Of a stretch of 64,000 bases of DNA, positions 10,687 to 21,693 are shown in pieces; the first letter of the stretch is position 1, and each line of letters starts with the position of its first letter. Below the pieces are notes generated by a model. It saw only the letters and a list, made by a program, of their open reading frames with translations. It did no database searches and was not told the origin of the DNA. The DNA comes from Octopus sinensis. Taxonomy: Eukaryota. The translations under genes and the position numbers were made by a program. The DNA lies in assembly GCF_006345805.1 (NCBI RefSeq), contig NC_043004.1, positions 75,144,001 to 75,208,000 of the forward strand, in the 5' to 3' direction.

Positions 10687-11274
10687 CAGTAGTTCCCAGC
10701 TAGGGTGCATGTGACTCTTTTGAGTCCATGTAACACTTTTGAGTCCATGTAACCCTTTTGAGTCCATAAGACTTTTTTAAGTCCAAGTAACTCTTTTGAA
10801 TCCATATGACCTTTTTGAGTCTATGTAACTGTTTGAGTCCATGTGACTCTTTTGAGTCCATGTAACCCTTTTGAGTCCATGTGACTCTTTTGAATCTATG
10901 TGACCTTTTTGAGTCCATGGCACTCTTTTGAGTCTATGCGACCCTTTTAAGTTCATGTTAATCTTTTGAATCCATGTAACCCTTTTGAATCCATGTAACC
11001 CTTTTGAGTCCATGTAACCCTTTTGAGTCCATGTAACCCTTTTGAGTCGATGTGACTCTTTTGAGCCTATTGTTAAAGTTTATGTACAATAAACTGGTCA
11101 TATTTCTAAAATACACAAAATATTTAAAAAAAAACAGTTTTTAAACAATTCCTAAAAATATTTAATTATAAAAATACAACAGGATTTTTTTAAAACATCA
11201 AATGGCTATGGGATCCAGCAGAATAAAATGCAAATCAAAGGGGTCCATAGACAATAGATGGTTGGAAACCTCTG
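10687..11274. mobile_element. hAT-type MITE carrying an expanded 19-bp minisatellite
   Basis: Ends are CAGTAGTTCCCA and TTGGAAACCTCTG. The 3' part is homologous to MITE 22668-23050 (AAATGGCTA...AATCAAAGGGGTCCATA). TSD is poor. Confidence 0.6.
10705..11070. repeat. 19-bp minisatellite GAGTCCATGTAACCCTTTT, ~19 copies
   Basis: Direct tandem array. The minus-strand ORFs (MDSKRSH..., TWTQK...) are repeat artefacts. Confidence 0.92.
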
Positions 11275-11435
11275 ACCTAGATCATCCTTGATTCACAGGT
11301 TCTCGGATCAAATGTATTCCAACGGTGAGTGATATGGTAACTAGACCTTATGAGAATGCTAAATATACATCACTCAAATCACACCTGAGTTTTTTATGTA
11401 TGTATGTATGTATGTATGTATGTATGTATGTATGT

Positions 11436-11832
11436 CATAGTTCAGTTTTATTTCAAGATTTCTTGCCAATAGATCTAACCTAGATCCAGTGTTCCTTCAT
11501 TGGAATTTCAACATCAACAACAGGTATTTTTGTAGCAAGGTATGTATGTATTCTCATGCATATAGTTGCATATCTAGACATGCTCATATATATGTATGTA
11601 TGTATGCCATTGTTCAGTTTTATTTCAAGATTTCTTGCCAATGCAAAAAGAGCCAGCTCCTAATCGATATTCAAGGCTCCTTCATTGGAATTTCAACATC
11701 AACAACAGTGTATTTTTGTTTGTATGTATGTATGTATGTTTGTATGTAAGTATATGTACAGATTTGTATGTTTTGTTTTATGTATGTATTCTCATGCATA
11801 TAGTTGCATTTCTAGACATGCTCGCATATATT
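11436..11832. repeat. Tandem duplication of a ~170-220-bp unit with (TATG)n
   Basis: GTTCAGTTTTATTTCAAGATTT...CCTTCATTGGAATTTCAACATCAACAAC...CTCATGCATATAGTTGCAT occurs at 11436 and 11608. Confidence 0.8.
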
Positions 11833-12082
11833 TATATGATAAACTTCTGGAAAATTTTACAGATTTTACAGTTCCAGTGATGGATTGGATCTGTAGACTT
11901 TGAATTAGCTTTCTCCTTTCTGGTTTTGAGACGCCTAATTTCTCAAAATTGGTATTTAGACAGTGTGTTACATATTGTATGTATGTATTCATGCATGTAT
12001 GCATGTATGTATGTATGTATGGATGGATGGATGGATGGATGCATGTATGTATGTATGGATGTACGTATATATATATATGTTA

Positions 12083-12494
12083 TCTTTCTTTTACCTTGCA
12101 CTTGTTTCAGTCATTGGACTGCGGCCATGCTGGGGCACCACCTTGAAGAAATTTTAGTCGAATGAATCAATTCCAGTTCTTATTTTTTGTTATGCCTAGT
12201 ACTTATTTTATCAATCTCTCTGCTGACCACTAAGTTATAGGGATGTAAACACACCAATACTGGTTGACAAGTGGTGGTGGTGGGGTGCAAACACGGATAC
12301 AAAGACAAACACACAAAGATATATATGCACATATATACGACAGACTTCTTTCAGTTTCTGTCTAGCAAATCCACTTGCAAGTCTTTGGTCGGCCAAGGGC
12401 TATAAAAGAAGACACTTGCCCAATTTGCTACACAGTAGGACTGAACCCAGAACCATGTGATTGGGAAGCAAGCTTCTTGCTACACAGCCACACC
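12083..12494 (-). mobile_element. Full-length OK/OR-type tRNA-derived SINE with central microsatellite
   Basis: Both halves present and collinear with 24043-24444. Confidence 0.85.
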
Positions 12495-12519
12495 TGAACC
12501 AATGTATATATATATATAT

Positions 12520-12765
12520 ATATATTTATGGAGATGTACTTGCATAGCAAGTGACTTGATCTGAGATTGTGTGCTGGAACGAAAACAATTGCAGCATGGA
12601 AGGCGCTTATAAGCCATTTAAGAAACACACAAAACCGTTAGATTCACTTCAACATTTAAATTTAATTTGTCAAAATATTTTCGTCGCTTTGAGACCACGA
12701 CTTGTTCACTGACAAAATTCTGTGCTGCATCTCTTAAATGGCTTATAAACACCTTCCACGTTGCA

Positions 12766-12770
<5 letters not shown>
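12520..12770 (-). mobile_element. Probable Penelope-like element end (pLTR fragment) with 41-bp inverted repeats, in (TA)n
   Basis: 12585-12625 is the reverse complement of 12730-12770 at 36/41 positions. The repeats enclose a hammerhead-like motif. The unique sequence extends beyond the left repeat, so the structure is asymmetric. Confidence 0.55.
12666..12716 (-). ncRNA. Candidate type I hammerhead ribozyme, G3-C8 core variant, dimer-type stem III
   Basis: Minus strand reads TTTGTCA-GTGAACA-A-GTCGT-GGTCTCAAA-GCGAC-GAA-AATATT-T-TGACAAA. This gives a 7-bp stem I, core GUGAACA, 5-bp stem II, GAA, and palindromic stem III AAUAUU. Confidence 0.65.
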
Positions 12771-12804
<34 letters not shown>

Positions 12805-13481
12805 ACATATGTGTATTGTAAATATATATATATATATACACACGTATGTGTGTATACACACACAAACCCAAACACACACATATATGATGGTTACAAGCCA
12901 TCACTTGAATTGTTATTTTGAACATGGGGGTGGCACAAATGTGGCTTTTTTAGTCCTGTTAGGACTCTCATAGTCTTCAGCACAGAGGGAGCAACAATGA
13001 GTGCCTCTTGCAGGAAATGTTCAATATTGTTTTGGTAATCCTTCCTATAGTATTTCCTTCCACCTCCTCCTACACATTCTTTGCCAGACTCCCTGCAAGC
13101 TGCCATATAATGCACAGTTAATGACTTTCCTGTTTCTCTCTCGTTTTTTTTTTTGATGACTATCAAGTCATCTCTCTGTATCTGTCAATGCTTTCAACCT
13201 CTCATCACCTGGTTCGAAGCCACCCCCTTTAATACTACCCCACTGTTCCAATTGAAGGGGTTTTGTCTCTTTAGAAAGATATGCCCCCACTCGTTACATG
13301 TTCATTTTGGCTGTGTACCCTAATATACTTGGGCTAATTCATGTCAAGACCCTTACTAACAACTCTCCTCAACTATTAACGCTTGTGAGGGTTTTATTTG
13401 AATTCCTTCCTTTAATTGAGCACTGCTTTCCCTCCATAATAAGTGATCTTGAGTGAGGCCCTTTTGTCTCTGAATGTGTGT

Positions 13482-14405
13482 TAGTTAGTTAGTTAGTTAA
13501 TTTGGCTCAAAAGCAAATAGCAAGGCCATGTAGGGGGACATGGAGTTAAGTACAGGGTGGTGTTCATGTAAAGAGTTCAGACCACTTGAGGTCAAAGGAG
13601 GCTTTGAACAAAGCGGTCGTCGGCATCTTCACCATCTCGTCTGGCAGCTTGTTCCACGGATCCGCAACCCGGACGGAGAAAGCTCCTCTCCTTCGATTGA
13701 GATGAAATCGTCGCAGGTAGAGCTTTTCGGAATGACCCCGCAGCCGACGCTCTGGAGCAGGAGTGAAGAACAGCTCTTTCGAGAGGTTACACTTTCTGCT
13801 TATGATGTTGTGGGCGAGAATGAGATCACCACGGCGGCGGCGTTTTTCAAGAGAATAAAGGTCGAGCGTCCTCAGCCTTTCTTCGTAGGACAAATTTTTG
13901 AGACCATGAACCATGCGGGTAGCCAGCTTCTGGACTCTTTCGAGATGCTGTATGTCTTTGAGGAGATAAGGAGAAGAGGCTTGAATCCCATACTCCAATA
14001 TGGGTCTCACCAGCGTGACATAGAGTGGTAGGAATATGGCTGCTGTGAGCATTCCGAATGATCGTCGAATCAAGAACAGAATTCCGCGTGCTTTGTTGGC
14101 AGCATGGACGCACTGGGCCGAAGGCGAAAAGGAGGAATCCACCAAGATACCTAGGTCCTTTACCTGATCGGTCCTCTCCAGCAGCAGACGACCCGGCTCG
14201 AAATCAAGTTGAGTTGCAGGAGTAGAGCCGACAGGCAGATGACAGCACTTTGACACGTTCAGACACAGGTCTCAATCGTTAGACCACTTCCAAATTTGGT
14301 GGAGGCATCGACGAAGATCCTCTATATTGCCGCGAGGAGCAACCAGTTTGATATCGTCGGCAAATAGAAGGGTGTGTTGCGTGAGGTCGTCGGGCAAGTC
14401 ATTTA
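13482..14405 (-). mobile_element. 5'-truncated CR1-clade LINE with (CTAA)n tail and 11-bp TSD
   Basis: INDLPD..LLFADDIKL followed by the CR1 C-terminus (KDLGILVD...LERVQKLATRMV...RRRRGDLI...LRGH..KL...FSVRV..PWNKLP). One in-frame TGA near 14270. TSD TGAATGTGTGT at 13471-81 and 14406-16. Confidence 0.92.
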
Positions 14406-14412
14406 TGAATGT

Positions 14413-14450
<38 letters not shown>

Positions 14451-15303
14451 ATGTGTGTGTGTGTGTGTGTGCGTGTGTGTGTGTGTGTTTAGGTTTATCT
14501 CTCCCCGCTTCATAAACAGTGTTGGTTCATTTATTTACCCCATACCTTGGTGGAAATTTTATAATAGGCTGATAGAATAAATAGCAGATTTCAAAATAAG
14601 GATAATCGGCTAATCCAGCATGACTAATCCAGCTAATTCAGTGACTGGAACAAGTGAAAGAATGAAAGAATAATATATGCCAGAGGCCAAAGCAAAGTAG
14701 AAAGTTTTAATGTTTCTACAAAGTGCACAAGGTCCTCGTGTGAACCCATGTCCTTAATTTTGTATTATTCAGGGACATCATCTGCATGAAAAACTATCAA
14801 TTAAGTTAGTCATGTGTGATACACAAGATATATTTGTAACTTGGAATTTCTGAAAGAAAGTTTTATATGACTAAGAACATATGAAATAAAGGCTCACTAA
14901 AAGTCTGAAAACAAGCGTCAACGTTTTGGATAAATTTAGGAAAATGCTATGAACAGGCAAAAGGTTAACATTTAATGGTGTGAGTTAATTAGAAATAAGC
15001 ATGGCTCTTCAAAAAATGATATTAGCTTAATAACCAATGTTTTTTTTATCCTTTTGGAAAGAATAGTAGACAGCTCCAAACATGGTTTGGTCTTAGTTAT
15101 AGAATCTTCACCATAATTGCCAAACTACTTGATGTAAATTTGACATTGGACATTGGAGTTTACAGTTCCAACATGGAACTTTTCTCATCCCAAATGCAGA
15201 AACCGACCAATAGCCAAGATGGGCATAAAACATGTAATGAAATCAATGGCTTTAAAACAAATATATTGCCACAAGAGACAAAAGATTACAGAGTGACACT
15301 TAC

Positions 15304-15483
15304 CTGCAATCCAATCGACTGCAATGCCTCTGGCAAAAAGACGTCCACCGTCTGATTGGAGCAAATGCTGAAAACCAGTGCCATTCTGTCGGATTCTACA
15401 AACCTCTCTATATCTGCCAAATCGTGCTACATAGTAAATGTATTTTTGCTCCACGTGGACATCAACGTAGCTTACATATTGAA
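15304..15483 (-). CDS. LRP2: LRP2 exon (5th): QYVSYVDVHVEQKYIYYVARFGRYREVCRIRQNGTGFQHLLQSDGGRLFARGIAVDWIA(G)
   Basis: Acceptor CAACTATAG at 15484-85 and donor GCAG|GTAAGT at 15303. 180 nt, phase 1-1. RGIAVDWIAG resembles human RGIAVDWVAG. Confidence 0.92.
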
Positions 15484-15523
15484 CTATAGTTGCAAAAGAC
15501 AGAATGATTCATAAATATATATG

Positions 15524-15875
15524 GCTGTTCTTGAGGAGACCTATTGAGTCAAGTACGTCAACATCAAAATAAAAATCAAATGGAAATTGTAGTTAAGACA
15601 CTCGTGCCAGTGACACATAAAAAGCACTGTCTGAACGTGGAAGATGCCAGCGCTGCCTGACTGGCATCCGTGTCAGTGACATGATCATGGTCGTATGCCA
15701 GCCCCCCCTGGCCCCTGTGCCGGTGGCACGTAAAAATACACCCGCTACACTCATGGAGTGGTTGGCTTTAGGAAGGGCACCCAGTTGTAGAAACACTGCC
15801 AAATCAGACTAGAGCCTGGTGCAACCTCCATGGCTTACCAGACCCCAGGAAAACAGACGTTAAATGATGATGATG
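15524..15875 (+). mobile_element. RTE-family 3' UTR/tail
   Basis: TTGAGGAGACCTATTGAGTCAAGTAC...AAAAAGCAC...GTTGGCTTTAGGAAGGGCACCCAG...TAAATGATGATG. Confidence 0.85.
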
Positions 15876-16519
15876 GTGGCATGCTACAAGTTATATGAGT
15901 TAATATAGAATATTCTGGATGGATTATTTACATGTGGAGGAAATGAAACATTGCAACTTCTGTGATTTTCCCTCAGAGAGTCAATGACATGGTTGGAAAG
16001 AAAACTGATTCAATCAGTAAGAATTAATCTGTAGGAGTTTACTTTTACAATGTTCAGTTGCAAATTTGTATTCCACTCATTGAAATTCATATATGTGTGT
16101 ATATAAACTATATGTGTATATAACTACTCTGTATGTAGTGACTTTATTTGTATCATGGTCACATGGTAGAATTCAAGCGCTTGGGCATAGTAATCTTCAG
16201 TGAATTTTGTAGTTCTTGGACAAGCAAAATGCAAGGTGGGAAGGTAGTGTGTTATGTAATATGGGATGTCATAAATACTTCGTCTGTAATCACAAAAAAG
16301 CATTTAACAAACATTTTATACAATATCTAAATGAGTTTTACTTTCTTCTATTCATTATTGGGGCAGGAAAATTTATGATATGATATTTTTCTGTCAAACA
16401 TAAAATGCACTGTGTAAGATAAGTCTATTGACATTACACAGACTATCTCAATCAATCGTTTTTATCAGATGTGCTTTGAGGAAGATATAGTATCTTTCAT
16501 GTGATGTTGTTTGAAAAGC

Positions 16520-17312
16520 TTGTGTTTAAATAGTCTGCTCTTAATATAATTCTCTGTTGTGCTGATGTAAAGCAAATTATTGATGTTATTTTTTTTTCAG
16601 TTGTGGTGACCTGATCATGATCTATCTATGCAATACTGATTATCTAAGTTACATGAATTAAACTGGAATGATATTATTGATATTATATGTTTATCTTAAA
16701 CAGAACCACTGTACTTAGTAATGGTAGAAAATAGTACTACTTATATTGGAATATACCATGCCTTAAACTGCTTTACATTGATAATGAAAAAAAGAGCAGA
16801 ACTAATCTTGGCTTGTAGGCACAGTATAAAGTATTGACTTTTTTTAAAGATAACAGACAAATCACTGGTAATGTCATACATCTGATGACATGCCACTATC
16901 TTGTCTTTTGCTTCTTTAACTACCAAAGATCATTGAATAAAAAAATGGAAAAAGAAATGGAAAATGGTGAAAGAATTTTAAAGAAACAAAATAAGTTTTA
17001 CAACCTCCACCAACTGGCACCATAGCATCATATTGGTTTTCATTATCAAAAGAAAATCCACGAATTCCATCACGCATTGCTAACACATAAAAAGATGATG
17101 GAACTGAAAAAAGATGAAATAATAAACAATCAGTAAATCAGATTGTGTTTAAATAGTCTGCTCTTAATATAATTCTCTGTTGTGCTGATGTAAAACAAAT
17201 TATTGATGTTATATTTAATTGGAAAATACCATGCCTTAAACTGCACTACATTGATAGTGAAAAGAAGAGCCGAACTAATCTTGGTTTGTAGACACAGTAT
17301 AAAGTATTGACT
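16520..17312. repeat. Direct repeats flanking LRP2 exon 4 (A 16520-16589 and 17143-17212; B 16745-16839 and 17218-17312)
   Basis: About 90% identical blocks, judged by eye: TTGTGTTTAAATAGTCTGCTC... and ATACCATGCCTTAAACTGC...CACAGTATAAAGTATTGACTT. Confidence 0.85.
17005..17103 (-). CDS. LRP2: LRP2 exon (4th): (I)PSSFYVLAMRDGIRGFSFDNENQYDAMVPVGG
   Basis: Not in the ORF track. Acceptor TCTTTTTTCAG at 17104-05. Donor is either GAG|GTTGTA (exon end 17005) or GGT T|GTAAAA (end 17002), both phase 1. Resembles human LRP2 AIRGFSL...MVPVAG. Confidence 0.88.
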
Positions 17313-17432
17313 TAATATCAGATTTAATTTAAATCAGATTGTATGTTAATTAATATCAGATTTAATTTAAATCAGATTGTATGTTAATTAATATCAGATT
17401 TAATTTAAATCAGATTGTGTGTTAATTAATAT
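17312..17432. repeat. 38-bp tandem repeat, 3 copies
   Basis: TTAATATCAGATTTAATTTAAATCAGATTGTATGTTAA at 17312, 17350 and 17388. Confidence 0.9.
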
Positions 17433-17474
17433 AGCCAGCCCCTCACAGGGAACTTCAATTTTTTAATCATTTAC

Positions 17475-17703
17475 CTTTTACTTGTTTTGGTCTTTAGACT
17501 GTGGCCATGCTGGGGCACAACCTTGAAGAAATTTTAATTGAATGAATCGATTCCAGTATTTATATTTTCTTTTAAGCTTGATACTTATTCTATTGGTCTC
17601 TTTTGCCAGACTGCTAAGTTATGGAAATGTAAACACACCAACATCAGTAGTCAAGTGTTGGTGGTGGACAAACACAGCCACAAAGACACACAGATGTGTG
17701 TGC

Positions 17704-17761
<58 letters not shown>

Positions 17762-18519
17762 ATGAGCAACAGTAGGAGGTGCAGGTGTCAATCCATTACG
17801 GCCGTTTCTGACAACTCCTTTAATTGATTAATGAAAACATGACATCATTGTAAAGAAACCGTTTTCATCTGATGAATTAACGAACCCCAAAATACAGGAC
17901 ATCTGAAATGATTTGACATAGTTTAAGGATGTCCTTCAGAAAAAGGTCCATGCTGACCCTTTCCATCCTATTAAAGTTAAGTAATGATGTGTCATATGAT
18001 TAATGTTGACGAACTAAAATATAATTAAAATTCAGTTGAATTAGGTACTTAAATTGAGGCACCTCGTTAGGTCAGAATAATATACACACACTACAATATT
18101 ATGTAAATATCAATGTGTGTGCATGTGTGTATGTGGTGGGTTATACATATATGCATACATACATACCTATATATATATACTTTTCTATATATACATATAT
18201 ACGCATATATATACTTTGTATGGTATGTTTGTTTCTTTTCTTCATCTGTGATTTCATTTTTGATTTTCTATTGAAATGATGATATTTCCTTCATTTTGCT
18301 GCATTTCTTTCTATGAAATCAGAAGATACATTGAGGAACTGTTATTCTAATGACTTGTATCTATTTATCACCCAGTGAGATACATCTGCACTGCCAGATG
18401 CTTCTGAACCAGTTAAGTAACCCACCCATGAGGGATCGATGCTGGATGTGTCAAAACAATGGTCGTGATTAATTACAAAAATTCTCATATATTCCATCTT
18501 GTCATTCATTTACCATATA

Positions 18520-18572
<53 letters not shown>

Positions 18573-18585
18573 TATATATATATGT

Positions 18586-18616
<31 letters not shown>

Positions 18617-18775
18617 GGTGAGTTTCTTTCATTTCCTGACTACCAAATCCACTCATAAGGCTTTGGTTGGCCTGAGGCTATAGTAGAAGACTCTTGACCG
18701 AGGTGCCTTACAGTGGGATTGAACTGAGAACAATGTGGTTGGAAAGCAAGCATCTGAACACACATCCACACCTAT
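17475..18775 (-). mobile_element. OK/OR-type SINE apparently split by a ~0.75-kb insertion in its central microsatellite
   Basis: 3' half at 17475-17700 and 5' half at 18620-18775, both minus strand and in the correct order. (TA)n flanks the intervening block. Confidence 0.55.
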
Positions 18776-19662
18776 GCCTTGTTACCACTCAGCTACACCA
18801 GGTAATGACTCAAAAGGGGACATCAAGTGGAATAGTCTCTTGTTTCTTGCATCAGGCTCATGAGAGAATCTGAGTTGATCACTCCCTGCTTGCTAAAGCT
18901 TCTTTAATCCTCCAGAATGCAAGCATTGAGCTATATCTCACCAAGATACCTCTTTGATATGATGTGGAATAGTTCTGGGCAGTATCTTTCTAGCTGCAAC
19001 TTTACAAAAGGCCATATATGCAGTGTTTTCAATGAATGATAATTATGGGGACGTTTTAGTTGCACAGGATAAGTGTGAATGAAAGGGAGGGAAAGAGAAA
19101 GAGAGAGACAATCAGACAAAGTGAAGCAACGAAAGTGCGAGAGAGAGAGATGGAGAGTGTTCAACAGACCATCAGATGTCTTTTGGGAGACATACTTGAG
19201 ATATGATTAAATAAGGATTTCCTGCATATATACACACATATACACATACACATATCTTCAAAATAATGAACAATTCAATCTTCTAGTTCAACTAACTAAC
19301 ATAAATAAAAAGCATAAATTTTCTGTAAAAATATCAATTCTGATGAATCTTTGAAATAAGATGAAAGTGCTAAATAAATGATTATCAAAACTTTTATTTC
19401 CTGTTTCTAACACACACACAACTAGTTTTAAATCTCTGAATCAGATCTCTGTAGTAACAGTATAGTAAAGATTCTTTGCCAACATAACATGGCAGTCTTT
19501 CATAAGACTATGTTACGACTTTTTAACCCCAGGAAAATATCTTTTTTCAGCTGGTTGTTGACATACGATCTGTGTTCAAGACATGCTGTAAGTATATATA
19601 AAAGCACCATATACATATACACATAAATACATACATATACGTACATACATACATTCATACAT

Positions 19663-19772
<110 letters not shown>

Positions 19773-19816
19773 ACACACACACACACAAACATGTATATAT
19801 ATGTATACATAAAAAG

Positions 19817-20940
19817 GCACATAAAAAGCACCATCCGAACGTGGCCGATGCCAGCGCCGCCCCGACTGGCTCCTGTGCCGGTGGCACATAAAAAGCACCA
19901 TCCGAACGTGGCCGATGCCAGCGCCGCCCCGACTGGCTCCTGTGCCGGTGGCACATAAAAAGCACCATCCGAACGTGGTCGATGCCAGCGCCGCCCCGAC
20001 TGGCTTCTGTGCCGGCGGCACATAAAAAGCACCATCCAAACGTGGCCAATGCCAGCGCCGCCCCGACTGGCTCCTGTGCCGGCGGCACATAAAAAGCACC
20101 ATCCGAACGTGGCCGATGCCAGCCCCGCCCCGACTGGCTCCTGTGCCGGTGGCATATAAAAAGCACCATCTGAACGTGGCCAATGCCAGCCTCGCCCCGA
20201 CTGGCTTCTGTGCCGGTGGCACATAAAAAGCACCATCCGAACGTGGTCGATGCCAGCGCCGCCCCGACTGGCTTCTGTGCCGGCGGCACATAAAAAGCAC
20301 CATCCAAACGTGGCCAATGCCAGCGCCGCCCCGACTGGCTCCTGTACCGGCGGCACATAAAAAGCACCATCCGAACGTGGCCGATGCCAGCACTGCCCCG
20401 ACTGGCTTCTGTGCCGGTGGCACATAAAAAGCACCATCTGAACGTGGCCAATGCCAGCCTCGCCCCGACTGGCTTCTGTGCCGGTGGCACATAAAAAGCA
20501 CCATCCGAACGTGGCCGATGCCAGCGCCGCCCTGACTGGCTCCTGTGCCAGTGACACATAAAAAGCACCATCCAAACATGGCCGATGCCAGCGCCGCCCC
20601 GACTGGCTCCTGTGCCGGTGGCACATAAAAAGCACCATCCGCACGTGGCCGTTGCCAGCACCGCCTTAGCTGGCTTCCGTGCCGGTGGCACGTTAAAAGC
20701 TCCAACCAATCGTGGCCGATGCGGGAACCCCCTGGCACCTGTGCAGGTGGCACGTAAAAAGCACCCACTACACTCGCGGAGTGGTTGGCGTTAGGAAGGG
20801 CATCCAGCTGTAGAAAGTCTGCCAGATCAGACTGGAGCCTGGTGCAGCCCCTGGCTTCCCAGACCCCGGTCGAACCGTCCAACCCGTGCTAGCGCGGAAA
20901 ACGGACGTTAAACGATGATGATGATGATGATGATGATGAT
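19817..20940 (+). mobile_element. RTE-family 3' tail with an expanded 67-bp minisatellite (13 copies plus 2 divergent)
   Basis: Unit GCACATAAAAAGCACCATCCGAACGTGGCCGATGCCAGCGCCGCCCCGACTGGCTCCTGTGCCGGTG, then GTTGGCGTTAGGAAGGGCATCCAGCTGTAG...TAAAC(GAT)n. Confidence 0.92.
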
Positions 20941-21111
20941 AAATATTTCCTCATGTTACTTTCTGTTGAAGAGCATAGGCTCAAAACGTAAAAGAACTTC
21001 TCACCTTCCTGAACATCAAACTAATAATATACCTGCCACTTTATACATCTCTCTTCATCTTTTGTTTTTCTGTAATTTCAACTATATATGTATATATATA
21101 TAGATAGATAG

Positions 21112-21146
<35 letters not shown>

Positions 21147-21185
21147 AGATAGTTAGATATACATACATATATACATAAATAAATA

Positions 21186-21230
<45 letters not shown>

Positions 21231-21319
21231 CACATATAATCATGTGTGTGTATGTATGTGTATATATATAATATATATATATATATATGTATACACACAC
21301 AAGCACACATATATAAGCA

Positions 21320-21560
21320 TGTGTGTTTGTGTGTGTGTGTGTGAGTGTGTGCATGTTTGCATTTGTTCTCACCCACTGCTTGACAACTGGTGCTGGTGCT
21401 GGTTTGTTTATGTCCCCATAACTTAACGGTTCAGCAAAAGAGACTGATACAATAAATACTGGCCTTAAAACTAAATACTCAGGTCAATAAGTTCGTGTAG
21501 GCTCTTCATGGTAATGCCCCAGCATGGCCACAGCGCAATGACCGAAACAAATAAAAGATA
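21320..21560 (+). mobile_element. 3' half of OK/OR-type SINE
   Basis: CCCCAGCATGGCCACAG...GACCGAAACAAATAAAAGA. Confidence 0.7.
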
Positions 21561-21693
21561 TTAAAGAAATGGTTTGAAACTGAATGGAATGCATTGATGG
21601 TATGGGGTGGGGATGGGGGTAACGTGGGGTTGGGGTTACGTGGCGGGGTGGGTGGAGTGAAAATAAAAGAAATTACGGTTGTTTCTTGCTTAC

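Noticed and set aside
19340-19380. CTGATGA...GAAA hammerhead-like core
   Set aside because: No complementary stem I or stem III can be formed.
21600-21660. G-quadruplex-prone tract near the EGF exon donor
   Set aside because: The G-runs are on the non-transcribed-sense (plus) strand and are low-complexity; no supporting evidence of function.
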